A stretch of DNA of 62,749 nucleotides, counting the filler, from Candidatus Woesearchaeota archaeon (GTDB taxonomy: Archaea > Nanobdellota > Nanobdellia > Woesearchaeales > GCA-2687795): assembly GCA_030753365.1 (NCBI GenBank). It is 5 parts of 5 records of this genome, joined end to end, with 100 filler letters (N's around TTAATTAATTAA, not from the genome) between each part and the next. Parts side by side here need not be neighbours in the genome. Positions count along the whole stretch, not along the records: positions 1 to 26,620 come from JASMCJ010000060.1; 4 more parts are not named here. One strand, given 5' to 3'. Positions 9,877 through 18,738 of this stretch are shown here, in pieces (the first letter of the stretch is position 1; the number at the start of each line of letters is the position of its first letter). Both the position numbers and the translations under genes were made by a program. A model generated the notes under the pieces. The model made no database searches and had not been told where the DNA came from. It saw only the letters and a program-made list of their open reading frames with translations.

Positions 9877-10497
9877 TCATAAAAATACCTCCATATCCTT
9901 CTTGTTAAAAGGTAGATAAATTTTCCAGCTCTTCTCTATCTCACCAAAATCCTTAGATTTCAACCCTAGTATAACATATTCAAACCTATACTTCTTTTTT
10001 GGAAGCGTATTGTTTCTAAATCTCTTTGTCATCCTTCTAACCCTAAAAAACTCTCTTGCTAAATCATACAACGCGCCAACCTGCCTTTCTATATGGTTTG
10101 CCTTTGCCAAATAGTACAGATTGCTCCAATCATCAATTTCCTTGAATAAGGCAAGAGCTGCAAGAATTGTTCTTAGGCTTTTGGTCTTTAAGGCATAAAT
10201 AAGTGTCTCTTCCAAACCTGGCCTTTTTCCATAGATATTATAAGTTTTTGGAACTACTAGTTTAATCGGTGAATATTTATTGATTATTTCATAATAACTA
10301 ACACCCTTGAGCCTGTTCTCAAACGATATATTGTATGCTCTTTTGTTATTTTCTAATCTTCTTGTCTTAACATAGCCTTTTTCTCTTAATCTATAAATAT
10401 AGTATATAGCTTTCTCTCTGCTTAACTTAAGAGCATCCATAACTGTTTCAATGGTTTGTATTCCTTCAAGTTTATTAAGTAGGTCCCTTGTTTTCAT
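9877..10497 (-). CDS. wHTH-containing partner of the NTase (AbiEi-like antitoxin)
   Basis: N-terminal wHTH-like segment (AIYYIYRLREKGYV); directly upstream of the NTase; 12-bp direct repeats AAGTTAAATGTA (10499, 10553) flank its TATA box. Confidence 0.6.
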   Translation of the reverse strand: MKTRDLLNKLEGIQTIETVMDALKLSREKAIYYIYRLREKGYVKTRRLENNKRAYNISFENRLKGVSYYEIINKYSPIKLVVPKTYNIYGKRPGLEETLIYALKTKSLRTILAALALFKEIDDWSNLYYLAKANHIERQVGALYDLAREFFRVRRMTKRFRNNTLPKKKYRFEYVILGLKSKDFGEIEKSWKIYLPFNKKDMEVFL

Positions 10498-10582
10498 AAA
10501 GTTAAATGTAGGCATAAGTAATATATAAACTTTTCGTTTTATTTAAGATAAGAAGTTAAATGTAAAACTAATCTTATGATAT

Positions 10583-10993
10583 TCACCCACCAACCCATTT
10601 CATCTTCTGCCCAATAACACTTTCATCAAACTTACCTAGATTAGTTTCAAGAACATAACTAGCTTTCTCATCTGGAGCATAAGATTTGCATGGATCTTTC
10701 ACACAAGGAGCTGCATGCAGTATATCCACAACATTTAAATCAGAATCAATAAATATCATATCTAAAGGTATTCTTGTATTTTTCATCCAGAAGCTGTGCT
10801 TGCTTTCTTCATCAAAAACAAACAACATTCCGCAGTTATCACACAATTCATCCCTAAACATCAAACCTTTCTGTTTCTCACTCTTAGTTCTTGCTACTTC
10901 AACAGTTATTTCTTCCCCATCAATCTTAACATAGTTCCCAGTAACACAACCTACTACAATAACCATGATTAACAAACAAAGCATTCTTTTCAT
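10583..10993 (-). CDS. DUF192 family protein (putative lipoprotein)
   Basis: GLMFR..GMLFVF..FWMKNT.IPLDMIF; N-terminal VVGC lipobox-like motif. Confidence 0.92.
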   Translation of the reverse strand: MKRMLCLLIMVIVVGCVTGNYVKIDGEEITVEVARTKSEKQKGLMFRDELCDNCGMLFVFDEESKHSFWMKNTRIPLDMIFIDSDLNVVDILHAAPCVKDPCKSYAPDEKASYVLETNLGKFDESVIGQKMKWVGG

Positions 10994-11041
10994 GCTTAAC
11001 CTCTTAAAATGCTTGTTAATAAATTTATTGATAAGAAAATT

Positions 11042-11632
11042 TTAAGATTCTAATGCTTTGCATAATTTTCTAAAATCAGGCAAATAAACTCCATTGTCTT
11101 CATACCATGATAGGACATCTTTACGAAATTCTTTTTGACTATTGGATGGATTTGCAATCAATTGTCTTGCAGTATGAATAGAATATCCTTTTTTCACTGC
11201 ACTTTTGGCTGTTTCTTTTACACAAGCTGTTGCATTAATACCTATTATTATTAAATCTTGAATTCCCCAAGCTTTTAATCTGTCATCCAATTTCCCTTCT
11301 TCGAAACCATTATTATGATCTTTTGTAATATATTCATATTTAGCCAGTTTATATACTTCTTGGCTGATTTCTGCTTGAGTTACTCCATGTCTATTATATT
11401 CAAGAACAACTATAGGCACATTATGGACAGCTAAAAATTTTATCATCTCTAAATGTGAAGTTATAAGAACGTCTCTTTCAGATCTTCTAATTTTAGAAAG
11501 AAAATCCGGCTGCATATCAATTATTAATGCGCCTACCTTTTTATCTAAATGTAATTTTTGTTCTATTGTTTCTTCTAGTATTGCAGTCTCATTCTTAACA
11601 TTAACATTATTCCACCAATGTCGATGTTTCAT
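11042..11632 (-). CDS. Isochorismatase/cysteine hydrolase family protein
   Basis: LIIDMQ.DF, K, and GINATACV motifs. Confidence 0.85.
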   Translation of the reverse strand: MKHRHWWNNVNVKNETAILEETIEQKLHLDKKVGALIIDMQPDFLSKIRRSERDVLITSHLEMIKFLAVHNVPIVVLEYNRHGVTQAEISQEVYKLAKYEYITKDHNNGFEEGKLDDRLKAWGIQDLIIIGINATACVKETAKSAVKKGYSIHTARQLIANPSNSQKEFRKDVLSWYEDNGVYLPDFRKLCKALES

Positions 11633-11692
11633 AATTAAATAGAATTAACCAGCCATATTTAAAGCTTTCCGCAGATAGTAACTTGAAGGTAG

Positions 11693-12069
11693 TTATTCAA
11701 GATAATGTTGTGCAATAGAAGCAAAATCTTCTTTCAAATCTCTAAAAGTACCCACACGTTTTGGGAAAAATCCTGTAAACAAATCTGGATTAACACCACC
11801 TGGAATTGATGAAGCGCCAATATATACAATATGACTTTATAGCCCATTTTTCTCAATTCTTCTGCAAGGTCCCAGCCTTTCATTTTTCCTGACAGTTGGC
11901 CATCAGCAAGAACTAATTCTAAATCATCAAGTCAGGCTGCAACTTTGCCTATTGAATCTTCACCTGAATAAGCACAGATAACTTTATGTTCCGGAAAACT
12001 TTCAGTTATTCCCTCACAACCTGACTTATTATACATGGGAGAATCTTCACAAAATAAGATATATTTCAT
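11693..12069 (-). pseudogene. Response-regulator receiver domain pseudogene
   Basis: Manual translation MKYILFCED...LVLADGQLSG.MKGWDLAEELR...FPK; in-frame TGA at 11932-11934 and a frameshift near 11838. Confidence 0.7.
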
Positions 12070-12075
12070 TCTCTT

Positions 12076-13158
12076 TCACAGCCTCTGCTCCAAACCCTGA
12101 TATGCCATTACAACATTTAAGGCTTTACCTTCATTCCCAGGCAGTCTTAAACATTCATTTCTAAATTCCAAAGCATTTTCCATTAACTCCTCTACTTTAA
12201 AGTCACTTCTTGTTGGTTCATGATGCCCTAACACAACAGTATCAACATTAGCAGCCAACGCAGTCTTAACAGCTAATTCAAATGTGCTATGACCCCACCT
12301 GACTTTTGATGGTCCTTCTTTTCCGCTGTATTCTTCTGGTGTGTACTGCGCATCATAATAAAGTATATCAGCATCCTTAGCCAGCTCAATAAGAAAAGGA
12401 TCTTCTATAGCTCTATGTTCTGTATCAGTTGCGCACACAAACTTCTTGCCACCTATTCCCATTGAATAGCCTAACACCCTGTCAGGATGGTCCAGCTCTG
12501 CATATTTTACAACAACTTTTCCTACTGGAATCTCAGTAGAAGCTATCCTGCCCAATTCTTTGTATGTTTTTTTACAGGGCATTGCCTTCCATCCTACAGG
12601 AAAGAGTGGATATTCCTGTTGTCCTTTCAAAGCATCAGATAATCTGGTTTTTGCATTTTTCTTGCCATAAAAATGAATGTTTACTTTCTTATCTCCAGGA
12701 ATAAAAGCTGGCCCAAAAAAAGGGAATCCCTGAATATGGTCCCAATGGTAATGGGAAAAAAATAAATGCAAATCATGTTTCCTTTCTTGGTCTGAATCAA
12801 GCGGGTTTAAATTATTTTCAGAGAATAATCTTCCTAACAGCACATTTCCAAGCGCCCTTATACCGCTGCCTGCATCTAATATTATCAAAGGAGAATCTCT
12901 TGCCTGAATTTCTAAGCAAGTTGTGTCCCCTCCATAAGTTCCAGCTAAAGATTTAGGTTGATTATTAAGAAATTGCATGATTTTTTCAGCAAGACCAGGA
13001 GCATCAGCATCATTTCCAAATAATTCAGAAGTTCCTCCTCTTTTAATTACATCCATAAAGTTAGCACATTGTTTCTCCTTCTCCTGTCCATTTGTTAATG
13101 GAGCTGGAATGCTTCCTCTCACTCCCCAATATTTAATAACCATTGAATCATTACCCAT
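12076..13158 (-). CDS. MBL-fold metallo-hydrolase
   Basis: WGVRGSIP, SHYHWDHIQG, WGHS and HHEP motifs. Confidence 0.9.
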   Translation of the reverse strand: MGNDSMVIKYWGVRGSIPAPLTNGQEKEKQCANFMDVIKRGGTSELFGNDADAPGLAEKIMQFLNNQPKSLAGTYGGDTTCLEIQARDSPLIILDAGSGIRALGNVLLGRLFSENNLNPLDSDQERKHDLHLFFSHYHWDHIQGFPFFGPAFIPGDKKVNIHFYGKKNAKTRLSDALKGQQEYPLFPVGWKAMPCKKTYKELGRIASTEIPVGKVVVKYAELDHPDRVLGYSMGIGGKKFVCATDTEHRAIEDPFLIELAKDADILYYDAQYTPEEYSGKEGPSKVRWGHSTFELAVKTALAANVDTVVLGHHEPTRSDFKVEELMENALEFRNECLRLPGNEGKALNVVMAYQGLEQRL

Positions 13159-13230
13159 GTTTATCACCAAAATCAGCAAATTAGCAGAGATATGAAAATA
13201 TTACTATTTAGTAATAGAAAAAGAAAATTT

Positions 13231-13326
13231 TCACCTAACTATCAACACAAACACAATAGATAACACCGCTACAACACCAACAATTATCAATAACTGCATA
13301 TCAGCAGCTAACCCTTTTTTGGTCAT
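13231..13326 (-). CDS. 31-aa single-TM peptide with class III (pilin-like) signal: MTKKGLAADMQLLIIVGVVAVLSIVFVLIVR
   Basis: Manually translated; KKG followed by a hydrophobic helix; ATGA overlap with the upstream ORF. Confidence 0.55.
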   Translation of the reverse strand: MTKKGLAADMQLLIIVGVVAVLSIVFVLIVR

Positions 13327-13436
13327 AATGTTTTCACACCCAGAAAGTTTAAGGCAGCTAATATAATGAGCCCAACCATAAATATCAAGATTCCAAACCC
13401 TACCGCTTTTAACACATCATTTAGATTTTGATTCAT
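13323..13436 (-). CDS. 37-aa single-TM peptide: MNQNLNDVLKAVGFGILIFMVGLIILAALNFLGVKTL
   Basis: Manually translated; overlaps both neighbouring ORFs. Confidence 0.55.
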   Translation of the reverse strand: MNQNLNDVLKAVGFGILIFMVGLIILAALNFLGVKTL

Positions 13437-13632
13437 TTCCAAAAAACAATTTTAGATACACTATTGCAACAAACGTAAACAGCACAAAGATTGAAAAATA
13501 TATCACTTTAAGATGTATCAGCATACTGCTGTCAGTAAACTCAAGAGAAGCTAGTATAAATGCAAGGCTGACCGCTAATCCAACCCACACCAATGCCATG
13601 CTTCCCATTTTCAGTCTTTGTTTAAAGTTCAT
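13417..13632 (-). CDS. Small two-TM membrane protein
   Basis: Two hydrophobic helices; ATGA overlap with the upstream gene. Confidence 0.65.
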   Translation of the reverse strand: MNFKQRLKMGSMALVWVGLAVSLAFILASLEFTDSSMLIHLKVIYFSIFVLFTFVAIVYLKLFFGNESKSK

Positions 13633-14039
13633 AATTTTCCTCCTTTAAGATTCTTCCATAAAAATAATCCAATTATTAAAACTGCCATTCCTACTGGAAT
13701 ATAATAATTAGGCTTTTTAACAGAAATGTCCAGGTTCTCAAGCCCATTGCTCTTATACTTAATCACTGCTCCTGTGCTTATTCCATCAATAGAAAACTTT
13801 ACTTCATCATTATTTTTCAACTCCTGAAGAAAAATATGATATTCACCTTCTGTAACAACACTAAAGCCAACAATCTTTTCACCATTTACTTCAGCTGTTA
13901 CCATTGTTCCAACTTCAGCTGGTTTCTCGTTTATATAAACACTCCCTATCACTATCATCGGCGGCCCAGGTATTGCATTAGCAGCTAATGCTAATAAAAA
14001 TAGAACAAACAAACCAAAAACCAGTTTCTCAAACCCCAT
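13629..14039 (-). CDS. Secreted Ig-like domain protein with a C-terminal TM anchor
   Basis: Signal peptide; PP..V.GSVYIN..PA..GT.V beta motif; C-terminal TM segment. Confidence 0.65.
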   Translation of the reverse strand: MGFEKLVFGLFVLFLLALAANAIPGPPMIVIGSVYINEKPAEVGTMVTAEVNGEKIVGFSVVTEGEYHIFLQELKNNDEVKFSIDGISTGAVIKYKSNGLENLDISVKKPNYYIPVGMAVLIIGLFLWKNLKGGKL

Positions 14040-14093
14040 TTTTATATAATATTCTGAACAAGCTCATATAAAATATTTAAGGTACACTATACC

Positions 14094-14186
14094 TTTGTCA
14101 CTAATTGACAAAAGATAACAAATAAGGATTCTTTATCAACAATTGATAAAAAGGTTTAAATACTAGTTTGCTGTCAATAATTGATA
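14094..14186. promoter_or_regulatory. Three TRTCA-N5-TGAYA palindromes at 38-bp spacing around a BRE/TATA box
   Basis: Centres at 14103, 14141 and 14179; AAAGGTTTAAATA at ~14150-14162. Confidence 0.7.
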
Positions 14187-14554
14187 TGGATGAACAAAAG
14201 AGGATTATTATTGAAGCCTTAACCGAATTTTTAGCTTCTGCAAAAGAAGATGAGAACAAAGACAGGATTAAATCCGCAATAACAATGTACTTTAAGGTAA
14301 TTGTAGAATGCTGTGATTTCTTAATCCACAGCCAAATACTCAAAGTGCCATATAACCACAAGGAAAGATTCGAATTATTGGAAAGATTCTTCCCGGAGAT
14401 CTATCCTAAAGTAAGTTCGCTGTTCAAAGTATATAGAAAAACCTATTCTATGATAGTTAAAAAAGAAGACTTAGAGGTAATAAAAGGTGGCTGTCACCAA
14501 GTCCTTAAAGAAGCCAAAATTGAAGAACATTTGCCAAAGAATATTAAAGAATAA
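14186..14554 (+). CDS. HEPN/DUF86-like protein (putative partner of the MNT)
   Basis: All-helical; NHKERF and YRKTY motifs; overlaps the MNT gene. Confidence 0.5.
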   Translation: MDEQKRIIIEALTEFLASAKEDENKDRIKSAITMYFKVIVECCDFLIHSQILKVPYNHKERFELLERFFPEIYPKVSSLFKVYRKTYSMIVKKEDLEVIKGGCHQVLKEAKIEEHLPKNIKE

Positions 14555-15050
14555 AGAGCTTGAAGATATATTTATTATAGGCTCTTTTGTCAAAGGCAAA
14601 GAAAAGGCTAGAGACATCGATTTATGTTTTATTTTCAATAATTACAATGACAAAATCATCAAAGATGCATACGATGACTTTAACAAAAATAATCTTAATG
14701 TGCATATAACAAAAACAAAGTTCAACAATATGTTAGAGGATGCTTCTTTATGGAAAACTATTCTTCATGAAGGCTATAGTATAAAAAAGAAGAAAAATGT
14801 ATCTGAAGTACTAAACATAACTCCTTATTTCCTATTTGAATACAGCCTAAAAGTCCTAAACAAGATTAAAAAGCAAATCTTTTCTCATGCTCTGTATGGA
14901 ACAGGTGGTAGGGAAAGTTTTTTAAAGCTGAATAACGGATTTAAGACAGGAAAAGGCTCTATTATAGTTCCAATTAAAAATTCAGAAAGAATAAGAGAGT
15001 TTTTTGATACATGGAATGTAGTATATAAGGCAAGAAGAATTTGGTTGTAA
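14487..15050 (+). CDS. Minimal nucleotidyltransferase (MNT) with a C-terminal extension
   Basis: IGSFVKG...DIDL motif. Confidence 0.8.
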   Translation: MAVTKSLKKPKLKNICQRILKNKELEDIFIIGSFVKGKEKARDIDLCFIFNNYNDKIIKDAYDDFNKNNLNVHITKTKFNNMLEDASLWKTILHEGYSIKKKKNVSEVLNITPYFLFEYSLKVLNKIKKQIFSHALYGTGGRESFLKLNNGFKTGKGSIIVPIKNSERIREFFDTWNVVYKARRIWL

Positions 15051-15064
15051 AAAAGAGGATGAAC

Positions 15065-17626
15065 ATGGCTAATGTTAAAGGCTGGATAAAGAATTTTTAT
15101 TCAAGAGGAAAGGGAAGAGCAATATATGCCAAAGACAACATTAAAGAAAAAGTAGTAAATACTAAAGATAACCTTAAGCGTAGACATCATGAAAGAAAGA
15201 ACACAAGAGAACAAAGAAGAGGAGGTATAAGCACAGCAAAAGCTGAAAAAAGGGATCTTAACACTGCTTATACAGAAACTTTGAGTAACGAGAGATTATC
15301 TTTAGAAGAAAAGAGAGCAAGACTACAGGAGATAGCTGAACAAAGGGATCAACAAAAACAGGTACTACATGATTATAGGGCACAAAGAACAGCAGGCCTT
15401 AGAAACGCTAAAGATAAGGTTAAAACAGGAACAAATGCAGTTGGAAGAGCAGTAAGAACAACAGGAAGAGGCATAGCAACAGGAGCAAGTGCAGTTAAAA
15501 GAGGGTCAACAAAAGTAGCAGCTTCAGCAGCCTCAATAAACTTCCTCCTGCTTCTTGCTGTCACAATTCACTTCATAGACGCAAGAGTATTCGGCTTTAG
15601 CAGAGGACCAGCCACATCAGGCATAATGGTCATTAGCTATACAATTTTGTTTATATACGCTTATTTTATAGTATTCGGAAATGACACAAGCAAATTTCTA
15701 ATATTATCTTCCTTATCCATCTTCAGTTTTTTTCTTCCGATTATAAGGGACTATGTTATACTGCCAGCATTTAGATTTATATCTCCATCAGCATCATTAA
15801 TTTCTGTTAATTTTATTATGATAGTTGCGCCTTTATGGGTTATTTATATAATGTTTAAGCATTCTGGAGATTCGAAGCTAATCAAACTACTCTCAACAGC
15901 TTACGTTTTGGGCTGGTTTATCTTTTTCATGATTCATATTTATACAAACCCTGCTTATACTACTATAAGATTAGATAATCAGGAACTAAGCCTTGCCGAG
16001 TTAAGAACAAAAAATATAGTCGATGTAAAAGGAACAATGAAAAGATTTTTATGGGATCCAGGCAAGTCATTATATCATAAATTCATCAAAACCATAGAAA
16101 GTGCACCTGAACAAGTACAAAAAGCCTGGAAAGCCCAGATAGCCCTTGCCACAGGCGATTATTACACTGGCAAGGTTGATCAGAACGCAAACGAACAGTT
16201 AGGAGTTTATTTAGAAGATATACAAATGGCAGACCCTGAAGTATATGAAGATGAGTCTGTCACAGCCTGGGCAAACCTTAAGGCAAGAACACTAGACAAG
16301 GAAAAGCCAGTAAATGTTACTATAAGCTGCTGGAAAGACAAAAAAACAGAAAGCAATAAAGGCAGAATTTCCCCACAAGAAAACTTCACAATTTACACTC
16401 TGGAAGAAGAAGAAGTTGACTGCTTCTTTGACAAATATAAGTTGGGCAAAGGCTCTCATTCAATAACCTTCTCTGCAGGCTTCAACTTTGAGACAATGTC
16501 TTACCTTAAATCATATTTCATGGACAAGCAGAGAAAAAGAGCCATGAGAAGGGAAGAGATTGACATATTTGATCAGTTTGAGATAGAAGACAAGGATCCC
16601 ATTGCAGTTTACACTGTAGGCCCTGTCATGATTGGCATGGAAATCAGGGAAGATCTTCCTGTTGGTATTGACAGAAACGAGGAAGAAGAAACCTTTGTTT
16701 TAGGCATTACACTAAAGAACAATTGGGAAGGAAAGATTGAAGATGTTACAACTCTCACAATAATCACACCAGAATATGTTAAGCTAATCAAAGACGAATC
16801 AACTAAAAACTATTGTCTGAACTATAAGTTTGATGAAGAATGCAATGAAGAAGATGTTTGCGAATATAAATTAAACCAGGACAGTGAAAGGATAGGCTCT
16901 GTTGATACATACGTTTCATTAAGATGCCCTATAGTTATCGAGAAGGGTGAACAAACTGATAAAAATAATTATGACAGTTTCTTGGGCGATACACCATTAA
17001 CAATAAAATACTTTAAGGTAACTGCAGACTACCAATACGCCTTTGAGCAAGCAATAACTGTTAATGTAAAAGAATCAGATTATAAGTCAGAAGAAAGAAA
17101 GGAAGAAATTCTTATTGATACTATTGTATTGCATCATACAGCAACTTCCACTGCAGAAAAAACAGAAGAAGTTCTTAAAGAGCGTGGTGTTTCAGCTCAT
17201 TATATAATAGACAAAGAGGGCAACATAAAAAATATTGTCCCTTTAGAAAGGACTGCTTACCATGCTGGCTGTAAAGTTGATGAAAATAAATGTGTTGATA
17301 TATATAAAGATATAAACCAAAGGTCAATTGGCATAGAGATTGTTAATACTGGTCAGGAAACTGATAAGTTTACAGATAAACAATACGAAAAGGTTAAGGA
17401 ATTAATAGCCCAAATAACAGAAGAATATTCTATACCAAAGGATAAAGACCATATTTTAGGCCATTACCAAATCACAACAGATAAATGGGACCCTTCACCT
17501 AACTTTGACTGGAATAAAATAGATCTAGGAGATCATCAAACAGTTTATGGTGTTAAATGCCCTTATGATAAAACACATGCTTTAGCCAAGGCTGGTTATC
17601 CACCAGCAAACTGTCCGAATGATTAA
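15065..17626 (+). CDS. Multi-TM membrane protein with an extracellular beta module and a C-terminal N-acetylmuramoyl-L-alanine amidase (Amidase_2) domain
   Basis: Basic coiled-coil N-terminus; ~5 TM helices; IVLHHTA, SAHYII, AYHAG, N.RSIGIE, GH and KWDPSP amidase motifs; start assigned after GAGG. Confidence 0.85.
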   Translation: MANVKGWIKNFYSRGKGRAIYAKDNIKEKVVNTKDNLKRRHHERKNTREQRRGGISTAKAEKRDLNTAYTETLSNERLSLEEKRARLQEIAEQRDQQKQVLHDYRAQRTAGLRNAKDKVKTGTNAVGRAVRTTGRGIATGASAVKRGSTKVAASAASINFLLLLAVTIHFIDARVFGFSRGPATSGIMVISYTILFIYAYFIVFGNDTSKFLILSSLSIFSFFLPIIRDYVILPAFRFISPSASLISVNFIMIVAPLWVIYIMFKHSGDSKLIKLLSTAYVLGWFIFFMIHIYTNPAYTTIRLDNQELSLAELRTKNIVDVKGTMKRFLWDPGKSLYHKFIKTIESAPEQVQKAWKAQIALATGDYYTGKVDQNANEQLGVYLEDIQMADPEVYEDESVTAWANLKARTLDKEKPVNVTISCWKDKKTESNKGRISPQENFTIYTLEEEEVDCFFDKYKLGKGSHSITFSAGFNFETMSYLKSYFMDKQRKRAMRREEIDIFDQFEIEDKDPIAVYTVGPVMIGMEIREDLPVGIDRNEEEETFVLGITLKNNWEGKIEDVTTLTIITPEYVKLIKDESTKNYCLNYKFDEECNEEDVCEYKLNQDSERIGSVDTYVSLRCPIVIEKGEQTDKNNYDSFLGDTPLTIKYFKVTADYQYAFEQAITVNVKESDYKSEERKEEILIDTIVLHHTATSTAEKTEEVLKERGVSAHYIIDKEGNIKNIVPLERTAYHAGCKVDENKCVDIYKDINQRSIGIEIVNTGQETDKFTDKQYEKVKELIAQITEEYSIPKDKDHILGHYQITTDKWDPSPNFDWNKIDLGDHQTVYGVKCPYDKTHALAKAGYPPANCPND

Positions 17627-17683
17627 GTAGAAACTGATACTATAACAGACCTAGACGTAATAGAAGAGATATTACCATAAAAA

Positions 17684-18670
17684 ATGAAAAACCTAACCAT
17701 TTTATTCATAACAGCCTTGCTAATCGCAGGCTGCCAACCGCAGCAAAGCAATATCATAACCTATGTTGACATCTATAAAGGCATAGACGGATTAGACATG
17801 GACTTCCTGCCTAATTCTCCTCCTAAAGAGATTTATTCTGGTGAAGAATTCTTTGCAGGCATACAACTAGAAAATAAGGGTGCCTTCGACATAGGAAATA
17901 TCGCAAGAAATGAAGGCGAAAAAGGTTATGAAGCATATTTATCTTTAGTCATAGAAGATGATTACATGGAAGTTGCTGAAGAAGGATTCAAAGATATAAT
18001 ACCATTCAGCCTTGAAGGTAAGAGCACATTCAACCCAAAAGGAACGAAAAACACAACAACCATAAAACTCAAAGCAAAGGATGTTGACACCCAAAGCGAA
18101 TCTCATACATCCCTTATCACAGTCTCAGCCTGCTACAAATACAAAACCACTTTAGGCACAGAAGCCTGTATTGACGCTGACGTTTACAACCTTAACCAAA
18201 AAGCCAAGGCATGCAATGTACAAGACCAAACCTTCTCTGGCCAAGGAGCTCCCGTTGTTATCACAAAAATAGAATCAAGGATGCTGCCTCATGAAGATGA
18301 AAGCAAGGTAAGGCCTTCTTTTATGATTTATATAAAGAATAAAGGCAATGGCCAGGTCATTAAAAGAGATATGATTGAAAATGTATGCACATCTATTACT
18401 CTCGATCATGAAGCATTCAACACAATTTATGCTAATGCAAAACTATCAAACCAACCTTTAGACTGTTCACCTAAAGAGATACAGGAAAGCGAAACTAAAG
18501 AAGGCTACATAAGATTAAAAGACAAAGAAGATTTCATAAGATGCACCTTAACAGAAGGAATAAAAAAGAACAAAGGCACTTATTCAACCCCTTTAACAAT
18601 AGAACTTGATTATGGTTATACGCTGTCAGCCACAAAAGAGGTTAAGATTTTGAAAGAATTAAATTATTAG
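17684..18670 (+). CDS. Putative lipoprotein with a two-part beta-sandwich module
   Basis: LLIAGC lipobox; CYKYKT, GAPVVIT, IKNKGNG and LDYGY motifs that echo the upstream protein. Confidence 0.7.
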   Translation: MKNLTILFITALLIAGCQPQQSNIITYVDIYKGIDGLDMDFLPNSPPKEIYSGEEFFAGIQLENKGAFDIGNIARNEGEKGYEAYLSLVIEDDYMEVAEEGFKDIIPFSLEGKSTFNPKGTKNTTTIKLKAKDVDTQSESHTSLITVSACYKYKTTLGTEACIDADVYNLNQKAKACNVQDQTFSGQGAPVVITKIESRMLPHEDESKVRPSFMIYIKNKGNGQVIKRDMIENVCTSITLDHEAFNTIYANAKLSNQPLDCSPKEIQESETKEGYIRLKDKEDFIRCTLTEGIKKNKGTYSTPLTIELDYGYTLSATKEVKILKELNY

Positions 18671-18738
18671 TGTTAACAAAACTTATTTATATAACCGTCT
18701 CCAGTAATTATTTACTATTTAAAAAAGAGGTGTAATAT

